Below, piece by piece: positions 38,280 through 48,357 of a stretch of 64,000 bases of DNA (the first letter of the stretch is position 1; every line of letters starts with the position of its first letter). Source of the DNA: an uncultured archaeon. GTDB lineage: Archaea > Thermoproteota > Nitrososphaeria > Nitrososphaerales > Gagatemarchaeaceae. The stretch spans positions 1,088,001-1,152,000 of the forward strand of contig CAWFOU010000007.1 in NCBI GenBank assembly GCA_963817525.1, in the 5' to 3' direction. The translations under genes were made by a program, and so were the position numbers. The notes below the pieces were generated by a model, which was not told the DNA's origin, did not search any database, and was given only the letters and a program-made list of their open reading frames with translations.

Positions 38280-39814
38280 GCCCTGCCACCGGGAGCCGGG
38301 GGCGCAGAGTCCCCGACTGGCTGCTTTGGCGCTCGACGGCTTCCCCGCGCGCCCTCGCGGTAAAGGCGGGCCCGCTGGAATGGTCGTTCCTGGAACTCCA
38401 GGAGAAGGTGTCATCCCTCTCGGCCGTCCTCCTTTCGCAGGGGGTCTCGAGGGGTGACAGGGTCGCGGTCCTCATGTCGCCCTCCGAGGGCTACGTCGCG
38501 CTCGCGCACGCCCTCGCCCGGATAGGGGCCATTGGGGTCCCGCTAAACCACAGGCAGTCCGCGCCCGAGCTTAGCGCACAACTTCGCGACTCGGGCCCCT
38601 CACTCGTCGTCCACGATGAGGCGCTCGGTCCGGGAAAGCGGCCGGATGGGGGAGCGTCGAAGCTCCGCTGGGCGAACGTCAATGACCTGATGGCCGAGTC
38701 GTCCGTGGGTGGACGGGAGCCCGTCGCCGGCGACACCCTCGACCTCGCGTCCGCGCACGCCGTCGTCTACACCTCAGGCTCGAGCGGAGACCCCAAGGGA
38801 GTCGAGCTTACCCTCTCGAACCTCATGTGGAACGCGGTCTCGGTCGGCTTCAGGACGGGCGCCTCCCAGGAGGACAGGTGGCTCCTCTGCATGCCCCTCT
38901 TCCACGTCGGGGGATACACGATCATCTTCCGCAGCGTCCTGCACGGCAGCGGGATCGTCGTCCATGACAGGTTCGACGCCGGACGCGTCTCGCGCTCGCT
39001 CGACGACGACGCGATCACCATGGCGTCCTTCGTGCCGACGATGCTCAGCGAGGTCATCGAGGCCCGCGGCGGGAAGCCCTTGGGCCCGCACTTGAGGATG
39101 GTCTTCCTCGGGGGAGGCCCTCCGCCGGCCCAGCTGCTGGCGGTCATCAGGAAGCGCAGGCTCCCTGTCCTACTCACCTACGGAATGACCGAGACCTGCT
39201 CCCAGGTCGCACTCTCTGACCCGCTCGAGTCCTCCGGACGACCGGTGTACCGTCAGGCCTTCCCAAGCGAGGTCGCGGTCGTAAAGCCCGGGACCGGACG
39301 CGGGCTATCCTTCGCGGGGCCGGGAGAGGCCGGAGAGGTGGCCGTGCACGGGCCTACGCTCTTCAGGGGATACTGGAGGATGTCCTCCGCCACCAGGGCC
39401 AGGTTCAGGGGGAAGTGGTTCCTCACTGGAGACCTGGGCGTCCTCCAGGAAGGCCCATCGGGAGGCATCGCGATGCTTGGGAGGAAGGAGGAGACGATAG
39501 TCAGCGGCGGCGAGAAGATCTACCCGGCGGAGGTGGAGTCCGCGCTCCGCGAGCATCCAGCCGTCATGGACGCGGTGGTGGTGGGCGTCGAGGACGAGAA
39601 GTGGGGGCAGATGGTGGTGGCGGTCGTGGAGACAAGGCCGGGGGTCGGAAGGCCGTCGGAGGCGGAGCTGAGCGCGTTCCTTAGGGAGAGGGTCGGGGGC
39701 TACAAGGTCCCCAAGCGATATCGGTTCTGGCCCGCCCTCCCGCGGACGCCTACCGGGAAGACCCGGAGGGAGGAGGTCAGAGCGCGCCTCGCGCGGGGAG
39801 AGGGTCCGAGCTGA
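38276..39814 (+). CDS. menE: o-Succinylbenzoate-CoA ligase
   Basis: [38 protein letters not shown]. Confidence 0.92.
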   Translation: MSPATGSRGRRVPDWLLWRSTASPRALAVKAGPLEWSFLELQEKVSSLSAVLLSQGVSRGDRVAVLMSPSEGYVALAHALARIGAIGVPLNHRQSAPELSAQLRDSGPSLVVHDEALGPGKRPDGGASKLRWANVNDLMAESSVGGREPVAGDTLDLASAHAVVYTSGSSGDPKGVELTLSNLMWNAVSVGFRTGASQEDRWLLCMPLFHVGGYTIIFRSVLHGSGIVVHDRFDAGRVSRSLDDDAITMASFVPTMLSEVIEARGGKPLGPHLRMVFLGGGPPPAQLLAVIRKRRLPVLLTYGMTETCSQVALSDPLESSGRPVYRQAFPSEVAVVKPGTGRGLSFAGPGEAGEVAVHGPTLFRGYWRMSSATRARFRGKWFLTGDLGVLQEGPSGGIAMLGRKEETIVSGGEKIYPAEVESALREHPAVMDAVVVGVEDEKWGQMVVAVVETRPGVGRPSEAELSAFLRERVGGYKVPKRYRFWPALPRTPTGKTRREEVRARLARGEGPS

Positions 39815-40683
39815 AGCCCAGCCAGTTCGTCAGGCTCATCCGCATACCGACCCTCGCCGCGACGGCCGTCCCCATGATGGTCGGCGGCGCGCTCGCGCTC
39901 GAGGCCGGGCGCTTCAACGTCCTCGACTGGCTGGACATCCTCCTCGTCGCTTTGCTTATGCAGATGGCCACGAACGCGCTCAACGAGTACGGGGATTATA
40001 GGCACGCGGTCGACACCGTCCCCTCGGTGGGCTTCGCGGGGATCATCGTCCGCGGGGAGGTGGGGGCGAACGAGGTGCTCTACACCGCCGTGGCTTGCTA
40101 CACCCTTGCCTTCGTCCTCGGGATTCTGCTCGTCCTCGAGAGGGGGCTGGGGCTCCTCGTCCTCGGGGTGCTCGCCATCCTGGCAGGAGTCGCGTATTCG
40201 GAAGGCCCGCGCCCCGTCTCCTCCACCCCGTTCGGGGAGGTCCTCGTCGGGATCATCATGGGCCCCATCGAGGTGGTCTCGGCCTGCCTGGCCGCCTCGG
40301 GGAAGGTCACGACGCTAGCGCTCGCCTACTCCGTCCCGGTCGGGCTGATGGTCACGTCAATCCTGCTGGCCAACAACCTCAGAGACGTGGACAAGGACAG
40401 GGAGCACGGCCGTCGGACGATAGCCGTCCTCGTAGGCAGGGCGCGCGGGACCGGGCTGCTCCTGGGCCTCATCACGGCGACCTTCGTCTGGTCAATCGTG
40501 GCGCTCGTTTTCCTCTCCGCGCCGGTCGCAGTCCTCCTGCTGTGGCTCGCGCTCCCGGTTGCGGGCAAGGGGTGCTCGGACCTCCTGAAGGGGAAAGCTT
40601 GGGACAAGTCCGTCACCATCATAGCCAGGATACACGTCCTGGTCGGCCTGCTGCTGGCGGTCTCGCTCCTGCTGAGCCTGTGA
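39811..40683 (+). CDS. menA: DHNA prenyltransferase (UbiA family); likely CTG start overlapping the menE stop
   Basis: RIPTLAATAVP, NEYGDY...D, NNLRDVDKD...RRT. Confidence 0.9.
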   Translation: MKPSQFVRLIRIPTLAATAVPMMVGGALALEAGRFNVLDWLDILLVALLMQMATNALNEYGDYRHAVDTVPSVGFAGIIVRGEVGANEVLYTAVACYTLAFVLGILLVLERGLGLLVLGVLAILAGVAYSEGPRPVSSTPFGEVLVGIIMGPIEVVSACLAASGKVTTLALAYSVPVGLMVTSILLANNLRDVDKDREHGRRTIAVLVGRARGTGLLLGLITATFVWSIVALVFLSAPVAVLLLWLALPVAGKGCSDLLKGKAWDKSVTIIARIHVLVGLLLAVSLLLSL

Positions 40684-40724
40684 GAGGGCTCGCTCGCGCT
40701 CGCGTATGAAAATCGGTTATGGCC

Positions 40725-41150
40725 CTACATCGCGTCGAGAGCTTTGGCGTCCTCGTCGGCGACCTTCAAGAACGAGTCTTTGGCCCGTCCCTTGATGAAG
40801 AAGCCGATGGCGCCGAACTCCATCTCCGCCCAGTAGTGCACCTCCGTCCCCGTAGGGATCTGCTTCAGCTCGATAGTTATCTTGCTTCCCTTGCCGTCGC
40901 CTTCCAGCGTGTCGACCACGAACTTGTTGTTCGCAGCGTCCCACGTCATCGTGTTGACGGCTTTCAGCTTCCTGCCCATCATCTCCATCTGCTGCTCAAG
41001 CTTGACCGTGTTGCCGTCCCGGCTGATCACCTTGACGTCCTTCACAAAGTCAGGATGGACCTTCGGGAGGTTCTCCGGGTGCGAATAGTAGTCTATGGCC
41101 TTGCTGAGCGGGGCCTTCGTCTGCTTGACGACGTCGTACTTCGTAGCCAT
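40725..41150 (-). CDS. SRPBCC/START-like protein
   Basis: DYYSHPENLPKVHP and a beta-rich polyketide-cyclase-like pattern. Confidence 0.75.
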   Translation of the reverse strand: MATKYDVVKQTKAPLSKAIDYYSHPENLPKVHPDFVKDVKVISRDGNTVKLEQQMEMMGRKLKAVNTMTWDAANNKFVVDTLEGDGKGSKITIELKQIPTGTEVHYWAEMEFGAIGFFIKGRAKDSFLKVADEDAKALDAM

Positions 41151-41290
41151 GGATTCGGTTCGCCTTTGCGCGATATATAACGAGTCGGCCGATTCCACGC
41201 TTGCTGGCCCTGCATCAGGCCCGCCGGCGGCTCCCTCTCCGCCGTCCATGCTCGACGCGCCTGCTCGTTCGCGCTCTGTCAACAGGCTTA

Positions 41291-41306
41291 TATTGGGTTT
41301 CCAATA
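41291..41306. promoter_or_regulatory. Perfect palindrome TATTGG-GTTT-CCAATA overlapping the TATA box of the Rieske gene
   Basis: Same motif and same TTATA overlap as 29169-29184. Confidence 0.65.
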
Positions 41307-41326
41307 CTGGACGTGCGATAGTCTCG

Positions 41327-41689
41327 ATGGCAGTCCAAGTGTCGCCAGGGAGCTTCGTGACCGTTGCCAAGGAGGGGGCGGTCTCCGAGGGGTCGATGTA
41401 CGGCGTGGCGGTCGCGGGCAACGCGATCGTGCTGTCGAAGATCGGAGGCCGGATCTACGCCATGGACGCCGTGTGCTCGCACTACCACGGGTACCTCCCG
41501 AAGGGCGAGCTCGTCGCCGGCAGCAACACCACCATCTGTCCTGTGCACAAGGCCCAGTTCGACGTCACCACGGGAAAGGTCCTGAAGAACGTCCCCGGGC
41601 TGCTGAAGCTCGCGACGCACAAGGAGGCGACGGACCTGCGCACCTACGAAGTCCAGGTCATCGACGGCGATGTGCAGGTAAGGGTGTAG
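41327..41689 (+). CDS. Rieske [2Fe-2S] ferredoxin
   Basis: CSH...CPVHKAQFD. Confidence 0.9.
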   Translation: MAVQVSPGSFVTVAKEGAVSEGSMYGVAVAGNAIVLSKIGGRIYAMDAVCSHYHGYLPKGELVAGSNTTICPVHKAQFDVTTGKVLKNVPGLLKLATHKEATDLRTYEVQVIDGDVQVRV

Positions 41690-41699
41690 GTGGCAGATA

Positions 41700-41915
41700 A
41701 TGGCAGCTCGTCGATGGGCCTTTCTTATCGCGGGGTTGATTCTCGCGTTCTTCGGAGTCGTCTTCGCGCTCCAGGGCGCCAACGTGATCAAGGGTAGCTC
41801 GGTCATGAGCGGAAACTCTACCTATATCTACGTCGGCGGCGCGCTGGCCGTGATTGGGCTCGTCCTGATGGCAACTGGGGCGATGTCCAAGCCCAAGGCC
41901 TCCGGCAATGTCTGA
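41700..41915 (+). CDS. Small 2-TM membrane protein
   Basis: Two hydrophobic helices, LQG...GS.MSG pattern. Confidence 0.7.
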   Translation: MAARRWAFLIAGLILAFFGVVFALQGANVIKGSSVMSGNSTYIYVGGALAVIGLVLMATGAMSKPKASGNV

Positions 41916-42002
41916 AATGGGGTATCGTTTGACTTGCTCTAGCAGTTCTTGATCTGGACTGGAATCAAGAGCTTCGTGAACGAGCCGGCAGTTGGTTGAG
42001 CT

Positions 42003-43460
42003 ATGGCCACCGAAAAGCCCGCCTTCGACCAGACATACGCGAACAGGGTGCTCGTTCTCTTCTCGCTCCTCGCCGCGTTCGTCCTCTACGTCGACATAAT
42101 GCTGACCCCGTCCCTGCCGAAGATAGCCTCCGACTACAAGGTGACCATAGCGGAGGTGAGCCTCGTCATCTCGCTCTATACCGTCTTCGGGACCGCGGTC
42201 AACCCGGTGATAGGGAAGCTCGGGGACATCGTGGGGAAGAAGCGCGTCCTGATCTACGTCCTGGTGATCTACTGCGCCATGGTGGCGGTGACCTCCTTCG
42301 CCTCGAACTTCACCATCCTCCTGGTCTCGAGGACCGTGCAGGGAATCGGGCTCGGGATATTCCCGCTCGCTTTCAGCCTCGTCAGGGAGGAGTTCCCCCG
42401 CGAGCTGGTCCCGCGCGCCCAGGGGATACTCAGCGCGATGTTCGGCGCCGGGGCAGCCTTCGGCCTCCCGCTGGGCGCATTGGTCGCCAACTCGTACGGC
42501 TGGCAGGCCAACTATCACATCGCCCTCCCGTTCATCGTTGTCCTGACGGTCCTCATCTTCTACACCGTCAAGGAGTCCTCGGTCACCGACCCCAACGCGA
42601 AGCTGGACTACGTGGGGGCGACCTGGCTGGGCGTGGACCTCGGGGCGATCGTCCTCGGGCTCTCCGAAGGGTCTACGTGGGGGTGGACCTCCCTGCCGGT
42701 GCTCGGCATGGTCTTCGGCGGTTTCGCCCTCCTCATCCCGCTCATCCTCTACGAGAGGAGGGTCGCCGAGCCAATCCTCAACCTCAAGCTGCTCGGGATC
42801 AGGAACGTCATCGTCGCCAACGTGGTCGGGATCACTTCGGGCGCTGCACTCTTCATCGCCTTCCAGGCGATAAGCTTCCAGCTCGAGCTCGCGCCACCCA
42901 GCGGGTACGGCTTCGACATCCTCAACACCGGGATCTACCTCCTACCCCTCGCGGTCGCCATCCTCATAGTCGCCATCCCCGTGGGCCGCCTCACTCCCAA
43001 GTACGGGGTCAAGCCCTTCCTCTACCTTGGCAGCGTCCTGGGGGCGCTCGGGTTCTTCCTGATCTCCACCGCGACGACCGCGGCCCAGATAGCGGAGTAC
43101 CTGATCGTGGCTTCAGCGGGCCTTGGCATGCTTCTCGTCGCCACCCAGAACCTGCTCGTCCTCTCCGTCAAGAAGAGGGAGATGGGGCTCGCGACTTCCC
43201 TCAACACGGTCTTCAGGAACATCGGCTCGAGCCTGGGAGCCCCGATCGCGGGGTCCCTGATGACAACCTTCGTCGCGGCGTACGTCATCGCGGGCCACAC
43301 CATCTCCCTCCCGACCCACACCGCCTTCCACTACGCCTACTACATCGCGGTCGCGGGATTCGCCGTATCCCTGGTTATCGCCCTCTTCGCACAGGAGGTG
43401 ATGGGGAAGAGAGCGGTCGCGCCGGTCTTGGACAAGCCCGCGGAGGCCCCGGTCGCTTGA
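42003..43460 (+). CDS. MFS transporter (drug-resistance type)
   Basis: GKLGDIVGKK motif A, about 14 TM helices. Confidence 0.92.
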   Translation: MATEKPAFDQTYANRVLVLFSLLAAFVLYVDIMLTPSLPKIASDYKVTIAEVSLVISLYTVFGTAVNPVIGKLGDIVGKKRVLIYVLVIYCAMVAVTSFASNFTILLVSRTVQGIGLGIFPLAFSLVREEFPRELVPRAQGILSAMFGAGAAFGLPLGALVANSYGWQANYHIALPFIVVLTVLIFYTVKESSVTDPNAKLDYVGATWLGVDLGAIVLGLSEGSTWGWTSLPVLGMVFGGFALLIPLILYERRVAEPILNLKLLGIRNVIVANVVGITSGAALFIAFQAISFQLELAPPSGYGFDILNTGIYLLPLAVAILIVAIPVGRLTPKYGVKPFLYLGSVLGALGFFLISTATTAAQIAEYLIVASAGLGMLLVATQNLLVLSVKKREMGLATSLNTVFRNIGSSLGAPIAGSLMTTFVAAYVIAGHTISLPTHTAFHYAYYIAVAGFAVSLVIALFAQEVMGKRAVAPVLDKPAEAPVA

Positions 43461-43870
43461 CCCGCGCACCCTCCCCGGCGGCGGACTACGACCGGATTCT
43501 CCTCGCCTACGACGGCTCCAAGAACGCGGAGAGCGCGCTTTCGCGGGCCACCTCTCTGGCGGAGACCTGCGGCGCACGACTCACCATCGTGGTGGTGGTC
43601 CCCCCTTCCGCCTACGAGGAGACGGTGAAGAGCGGCAACGAGGTGCTCGGAAGGGCGGTCGCGAAGGCCAAGCGGACGGTCCCCGACGTCACCGGGGTGC
43701 TGAGGGACGGCCAGCCCGCGGACGAGATACTCACGGCCTCGCAGGAGCAGGGCGCCGACCTGGTGGTAATGGGCAGGAGGGGGCTGTCGGCCGTCGAGCG
43801 CCTTCTCATGGGAGGCACCTCGTCCGCAGTCGTCGCGCACTCGAAGTGCGACGTGCTCGTGGTAGAGTGA
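43457..43870 (+). CDS. Universal stress protein
   Basis: RILLAYDGS, ADLVVMGRRG...GGTS..VV..SKCDVLVV. Confidence 0.92.
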   Translation: MTRAPSPAADYDRILLAYDGSKNAESALSRATSLAETCGARLTIVVVVPPSAYEETVKSGNEVLGRAVAKAKRTVPDVTGVLRDGQPADEILTASQEQGADLVVMGRRGLSAVERLLMGGTSSAVVAHSKCDVLVVE

Positions 43871-44033
43871 GGCAAGGCCGCTCATTCTCCAATAGAGACT
43901 ATCATCCGCGGTTGTTAGCGCCAGCGGGTCGACGGTCAGTTGCTGACCGAAGGGCTCCGAGGCGGCGTGCCCGTGAAGGTTCTCCATCTAACATAATAAT
44001 CTCTCGCGGAGACCGTCGCCCGCTTACAACAAC

Positions 44034-45620
44034 TTGGTCGACGAGAAAAGATTCATCCCCAAGACGATGACTACTCAGCACCCCGACAATGCAAACACTC
44101 CCCCGTGGGCGTCCTCCACGAACGGAGTAATCGAGGGTGAGACGGAGCTCGACGAGGCGTACATCGCCTTCAGCAAGCTCGCCTGCAGCGAGGTGATGTG
44201 GGACTCCGAGGGGAAGGACGTCGACACCAACGTCGTGAGGAAGCTCCTCAGCAAGTACTCTGATTACTTCAAGGACAACGTCTTCGGGCGCGACATCTTC
44301 CTGACCTACCGCATCCCGAACCCCCTGGTCGAGAAGGCGGAGCGGAAGATAGTCACCCAGACCATGCAGTCCATCCCCCTCCAGGCGGACGTGGCGAGCG
44401 CGTTCTATGAGAGGGGGACCGTCCCCGTCTCTGCGGTCATCCTGCCGTTCACGACCAAGGGGTCGGAGCTCCTGTGGCTCGACAGGTGCTACAGCAAGGC
44501 GATTGCCGGGATCGAGGACATCAGCCTCGGCGGCGACATGAAGGTCAAGGACTGGGTGGGGTCGTTCATGCCCAAGAAGATCGACGCCATCCCGCTCGTC
44601 GAGGACGCCCCCAGCCTGATGTCCATGGACAAGATAGTCATGGAGTACATCAGGGCCGTCAAGCCCGAGGTCATGCGGGTCTTCATCGCGAGGTCTGACC
44701 CCGCGCTCAACTACGGCCTGATCACCGCAGTCCTGCTGTCGAAGGTCGCCTTGGGCAGGCTGTCCCAGGTGCAGAAGAAGACCGGGGTGAAGATGAACCC
44801 CATACTAGGCGTGGGGACGATGCCCTTCAGAGGACACCTCAACCCTGAGAACATCGAGAACTTCCTCGAGGAGTACAAAGGGCTCTCGACGGTGACCATC
44901 CAGTCCGCCTTCCGCTACGACTACCCCGCCGACACCGTCGAGAAGGGCATCGCGACCCTGAATCAGCAGCTCCCGAACGGAGAGCTCTTGGAGGTCGACG
45001 AGGCGCAGGTCGTCCTCCTGGAGAGCGCAATGAAGAAGCTGATCCCGGTCTTCCAGTCAAGGGTGGAGATTCTCGCTCCCCTCATCAACTACGTGGCCTC
45101 GTTTATCCCGACGAGGAGGGCCAGGAAGCTGCACATCGGCCTCTTCGGCTACAGCAGGAGGGTCAAGGGCGTAACCATGCCCAGGGCGATCCCGTTCGCG
45201 GCAGCCTTCTACTCGCTGGGCATTCCGCCCGAGTTCATAGGCGCGCAGGCGCTCCGCTCGCTCACAGACAAGGAGTTCGACGCGGTCAAGCGCTCCTACA
45301 AGGGGATTCAGTACGACTACCGCGTCGCGGGGTCTCTCGTGTCGTGGGAGACCGTCCACCTCCTCGTCGACAAGTACGACCTCATGGCGAAGATCACGCA
45401 GATGAACAAGGAGAAGCTGAAGACGGCCCTCAGGTACGTTATGGCGGACCTTTCCACCATCGAGGAGACCCTCTCGCTCCCGCTCGGGCCGTCCGACAAC
45501 AGGTCGAAGAAGCACGAGAACTTCGTCAACACCTTCATGATGTGCGCGATGGATAACGAGAGGGCCAGCGCGTCAAACGCTTTCATAGAAGCGGCCAAAC
45601 TCAGAAGATGTCTGGGCTAG
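44034..45620 (+). CDS. ppcA: Archaeal-type phosphoenolpyruvate carboxylase
   Basis: IPKTMTTQHPDNA, EVMWDSEGK, RVFIARSDPALNYG, PFRG, TIQSAFRYD, PRAI.F. Confidence 0.95.
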   Translation: MVDEKRFIPKTMTTQHPDNANTPPWASSTNGVIEGETELDEAYIAFSKLACSEVMWDSEGKDVDTNVVRKLLSKYSDYFKDNVFGRDIFLTYRIPNPLVEKAERKIVTQTMQSIPLQADVASAFYERGTVPVSAVILPFTTKGSELLWLDRCYSKAIAGIEDISLGGDMKVKDWVGSFMPKKIDAIPLVEDAPSLMSMDKIVMEYIRAVKPEVMRVFIARSDPALNYGLITAVLLSKVALGRLSQVQKKTGVKMNPILGVGTMPFRGHLNPENIENFLEEYKGLSTVTIQSAFRYDYPADTVEKGIATLNQQLPNGELLEVDEAQVVLLESAMKKLIPVFQSRVEILAPLINYVASFIPTRRARKLHIGLFGYSRRVKGVTMPRAIPFAAAFYSLGIPPEFIGAQALRSLTDKEFDAVKRSYKGIQYDYRVAGSLVSWETVHLLVDKYDLMAKITQMNKEKLKTALRYVMADLSTIEETLSLPLGPSDNRSKKHENFVNTFMMCAMDNERASASNAFIEAAKLRRCLG

Positions 45621-45621
45621 G

Positions 45622-46491
45622 TTGACTTTGCAAAAGGAGAACAAAACCGCGGGCCGCGCGCTCACGCTCGGCCTAGTCCAGATGAGCATGGCTGACGACC
45701 ACGAGGCCAACGTCTCGAAGGCGGTCTCCATGGTGGGCGAGGCGTCGAAGAGGGGGGCGTCCGTGGTCTGCCTCCCCGAGCTCTTCCCCAACCGCTACTT
45801 CCCCCAGGAGAGGGGCGTGAAGGTGCGCCCCGAGCCCATCCCCGGGCCGACGACGAGGCGCCTCTCGGAGGCGGCGCGCGACTCCAAGGTCGCGCTTGTA
45901 GGGGGCTCGCTCTATGAGAGGGAATCCGGGGGCCGCCTCTACAACACCTCGGTGGTCTTCGACGAGCGCGGCCGGATGCTGGGAAAGTACAGGAAGGTCC
46001 AGGTCCCCCAGGACGAGGGGTTCTACGAGAAGGACTACTTCTCGGAGGGGAGCGCCTACCGCGTCTTCAAGACCTCCGCGGCGAAGATAGGGGTCCTCGT
46101 CTGCTTCGACCAGTGGTACCCGGAGGCGGCGAGGGTGAACAGGCTGATGGGGGCCGAGCTTCTGTTCTATCCAACGGCGATAGGGACCGTGGACGGGATT
46201 GAGGAGACGGAGGGAGACTGGCACGAGGCGTGGGAGGCGGTCCAGCGCGGTCACGCCATAGCCAACAGCATGGTGGTAGCCGCGGTCAACCGGGTGGGGA
46301 AGGAGGGACGCACGACCTTCTGGGGCGGCTCCTTCGTCTGCGACCAGTTCGGCAAGATCCTGGCGCGCGCGGACGACACCGAGCAGGTCGTCGTCGCGAC
46401 CTGCGACCTCGAGCTGGGGAGGCAGGTGGAGGAGGGCTGGGGCTTCATGAGGAACAGGAGGCCAGCCACCTACCGAAAGCTCGCGAGCTGA
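45622..46491 (+). CDS. aguB: N-carbamoylputrescine amidase (carbon-nitrogen hydrolase)
   Basis: LPELF, YRK, FYEK.YF, VCFDQWYPE, YPTAIG; adjacent to agmatine deiminase. Confidence 0.9.
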   Translation: MTLQKENKTAGRALTLGLVQMSMADDHEANVSKAVSMVGEASKRGASVVCLPELFPNRYFPQERGVKVRPEPIPGPTTRRLSEAARDSKVALVGGSLYERESGGRLYNTSVVFDERGRMLGKYRKVQVPQDEGFYEKDYFSEGSAYRVFKTSAAKIGVLVCFDQWYPEAARVNRLMGAELLFYPTAIGTVDGIEETEGDWHEAWEAVQRGHAIANSMVVAAVNRVGKEGRTTFWGGSFVCDQFGKILARADDTEQVVVATCDLELGRQVEEGWGFMRNRRPATYRKLAS

Positions 46492-46501
46492 GGCGACCCC
46501 G

Positions 46502-47542
46502 ATGAGCGAGAAGACGCCCGCCGAGCTCGGTTTCTCCATGCCCCCGGAGTGGGCGAAGCACGACTCCACTTGGCTCTCGTGGCCCAAGAACCCGCTCACG
46601 TTCCCCCCGGAGATCGTCTCCAAGGTGGAGGCTGCTTACGTCGCGATGATCGAGGCCCTCGCCGGCGGGGAGCGGGTCGACCTCCTCGTCGACGACGCAA
46701 GGACCGAGGACCGGGTGCGCTCGATGCTCTCAGCCAAGAACGTCGCCTTTCACAGAATAGAGAGCGCCGACGTATGGATGCGCGACTACGGCCCCATCTT
46801 TGTGAGGAAGGGTGGCAGGGGGCGGGGAGTCGCGGCGACGAAGTGGGAGTTCAACGCGTGGGGCGGCAAGTACGACGACCTCCTTCCCGACAACGAGACG
46901 GGGCTCGAGGTGGCGAGGTCGACGGGCCTGCGCATCTTCGAGCCGGGGGTCGTCCTTGAGGGGGGCTCGATAGACGTCAACGGGAGGGGATCGCTCCTCA
47001 CCACCGAGCAGTGCCTCCTCAACAAGAACCGCAACCCCAAGCTGGGCAAGGCCCAGCTGGAGCGGCTGCTACACGACTACCTGGGCGTGGACGTCGTGGT
47101 CTGGCTGGGCGAGGGGGTCGCGGGCGACGACACCGACGGCCACGTGGACGACATCGCGAGGTTCGTAAACGAGGACACGGTGGTCTGTATGACCGAGCCG
47201 GACGCCGGGGACGTGAACTACGCGGCGCTGAAGCGCGACAGCGCCATGCTCGTCGCACACAAGGACAGGGAGGGGCGGCGGCTGGAGGTGGTCCCCATAG
47301 AGATGCCCAGGGGCGTCGAGGGAGACGGGGCTAGGCTCCCCGCCAGCTATGCCAACTTCTATGTCGGGAACTCGGCCGTGCTCGTCCCGGTGTTCGGGGA
47401 CGCGAGGAGGGACAGCGCCGCTCTCGAGACCCTATCGGAGAGCTTCCAGGGGAGGAAGATAGTCCCCGTCGACTCCAGGGAGCTCGTCTACGGCTTCGGG
47501 GGCATCCACTGCGTGAGCCAGCAGCAGCCCGCGCCCGCCTAG
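46502..47542 (+). CDS. aguA: Agmatine deiminase
   Basis: MPPEW, WMRDYGP, LEGGSI, DDTDGHVD, SYANF, GGIHC..QQ. Confidence 0.95.
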   Translation: MSEKTPAELGFSMPPEWAKHDSTWLSWPKNPLTFPPEIVSKVEAAYVAMIEALAGGERVDLLVDDARTEDRVRSMLSAKNVAFHRIESADVWMRDYGPIFVRKGGRGRGVAATKWEFNAWGGKYDDLLPDNETGLEVARSTGLRIFEPGVVLEGGSIDVNGRGSLLTTEQCLLNKNRNPKLGKAQLERLLHDYLGVDVVVWLGEGVAGDDTDGHVDDIARFVNEDTVVCMTEPDAGDVNYAALKRDSAMLVAHKDREGRRLEVVPIEMPRGVEGDGARLPASYANFYVGNSAVLVPVFGDARRDSAALETLSESFQGRKIVPVDSRELVYGFGGIHCVSQQQPAPA

Positions 47543-47922
47543 CGGAAGCCCCAGCTGCGCTTTACGCGGGGGCACACCTTGACGTAGGGTCTCCCGCCCT
47601 CGCTCCCCAGCTCCGCCACGCCCCTCACCTCGACCCCGCGAGGCCTCCATGGGCTGACCGTCACGAGGTCGTCGACGACGATCGCGACCTTCTCGTTGTG
47701 GACGAGGTTCTGGAACTTCAGGCTCTTCTCCAGCTTCCAACCCGTGAAGTAGAACGCCGTCCCGTCGAACTCGTAGACGACCGGGACGACATGCGGCTGG
47801 CCGTCGCGGGACGCCGTGGCCACGCGCGCGAGCCGGCTCTGGGTGAGGAACGCGACCTCCTCGTCTGTGAAGGTGACGGCTTCGCCAGCAGCCTTCTTGC
47901 TGACGACGCCCTTGCTCTTCAT
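47539..47922 (-). CDS. Pyridoxamine 5'-phosphate oxidase-like (PPOX class) protein
   Basis: LARVAT...PHVVPV, K..N...N.KVAIVVDD, RGVEVRG. Confidence 0.88.
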   Translation of the reverse strand: MKSKGVVSKKAAGEAVTFTDEEVAFLTQSRLARVATASRDGQPHVVPVVYEFDGTAFYFTGWKLEKSLKFQNLVHNEKVAIVVDDLVTVSPWRPRGVEVRGVAELGSEGGRPYVKVCPRVKRSWGFR

Positions 47923-47991
47923 GGGTGGAGATAGGGGGCGGCCGCTAGATATGTCTGGCAGTCCTGCGCCCGTGAGTAGGTCTAGCGGCCG

Positions 47992-48357
47992 CTACTGGCT
48001 CTTGGCTTCCGGCGCCTGCGGCTTGGCCCACTTCACTGCCCAGTCCGCGAACCCGGACAGGATGGCGGAGAGCTCCCAGCCCTTCTTCGTCAGCGAGTAC
48101 TCCACTCGGGGCGGCGAGTCCGGGAAGACCTTGCGCTGGACTATGCCCTGCCTCTCCAGCTCGCTTAGCCTCTCCGTCAAGCTCGTCGCGCTTATCCCCT
48201 CCGTCCGCCTCTTCAGCTCGTTGAACCTCGCGGGCTCCTTGAGCGAGAGGCTGTGTATCACGGGGAGAGTCCAGACCTTGGTCAGCTGGTTCCAAGTTGT
48301 ATGGACGACCTTGCATCCGTCTAGGACTTCCTGTGTTATCTGCTTCGTTTCACTCAA
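47992..48357 (-). CDS. HxlR-family regulator
   Basis: WTL.VI, RFNEL, GIS..SL..RL.ELE, PPRVEYSLT.KG. Confidence 0.92.
   Translation of the reverse strand: MSETKQITQEVLDGCKVVHTTWNQLTKVWTLPVIHSLSLKEPARFNELKRRTEGISATSLTERLSELERQGIVQRKVFPDSPPRVEYSLTKKGWELSAILSGFADWAVKWAKPQAPEAKSQ

Noticed and set aside
43885-43900. TTCTCC-AATA-GAGAC upstream of ppcA resembling the regulon motif
   Set aside because: Spacer is one base short and no TATA box lies at the expected distance.
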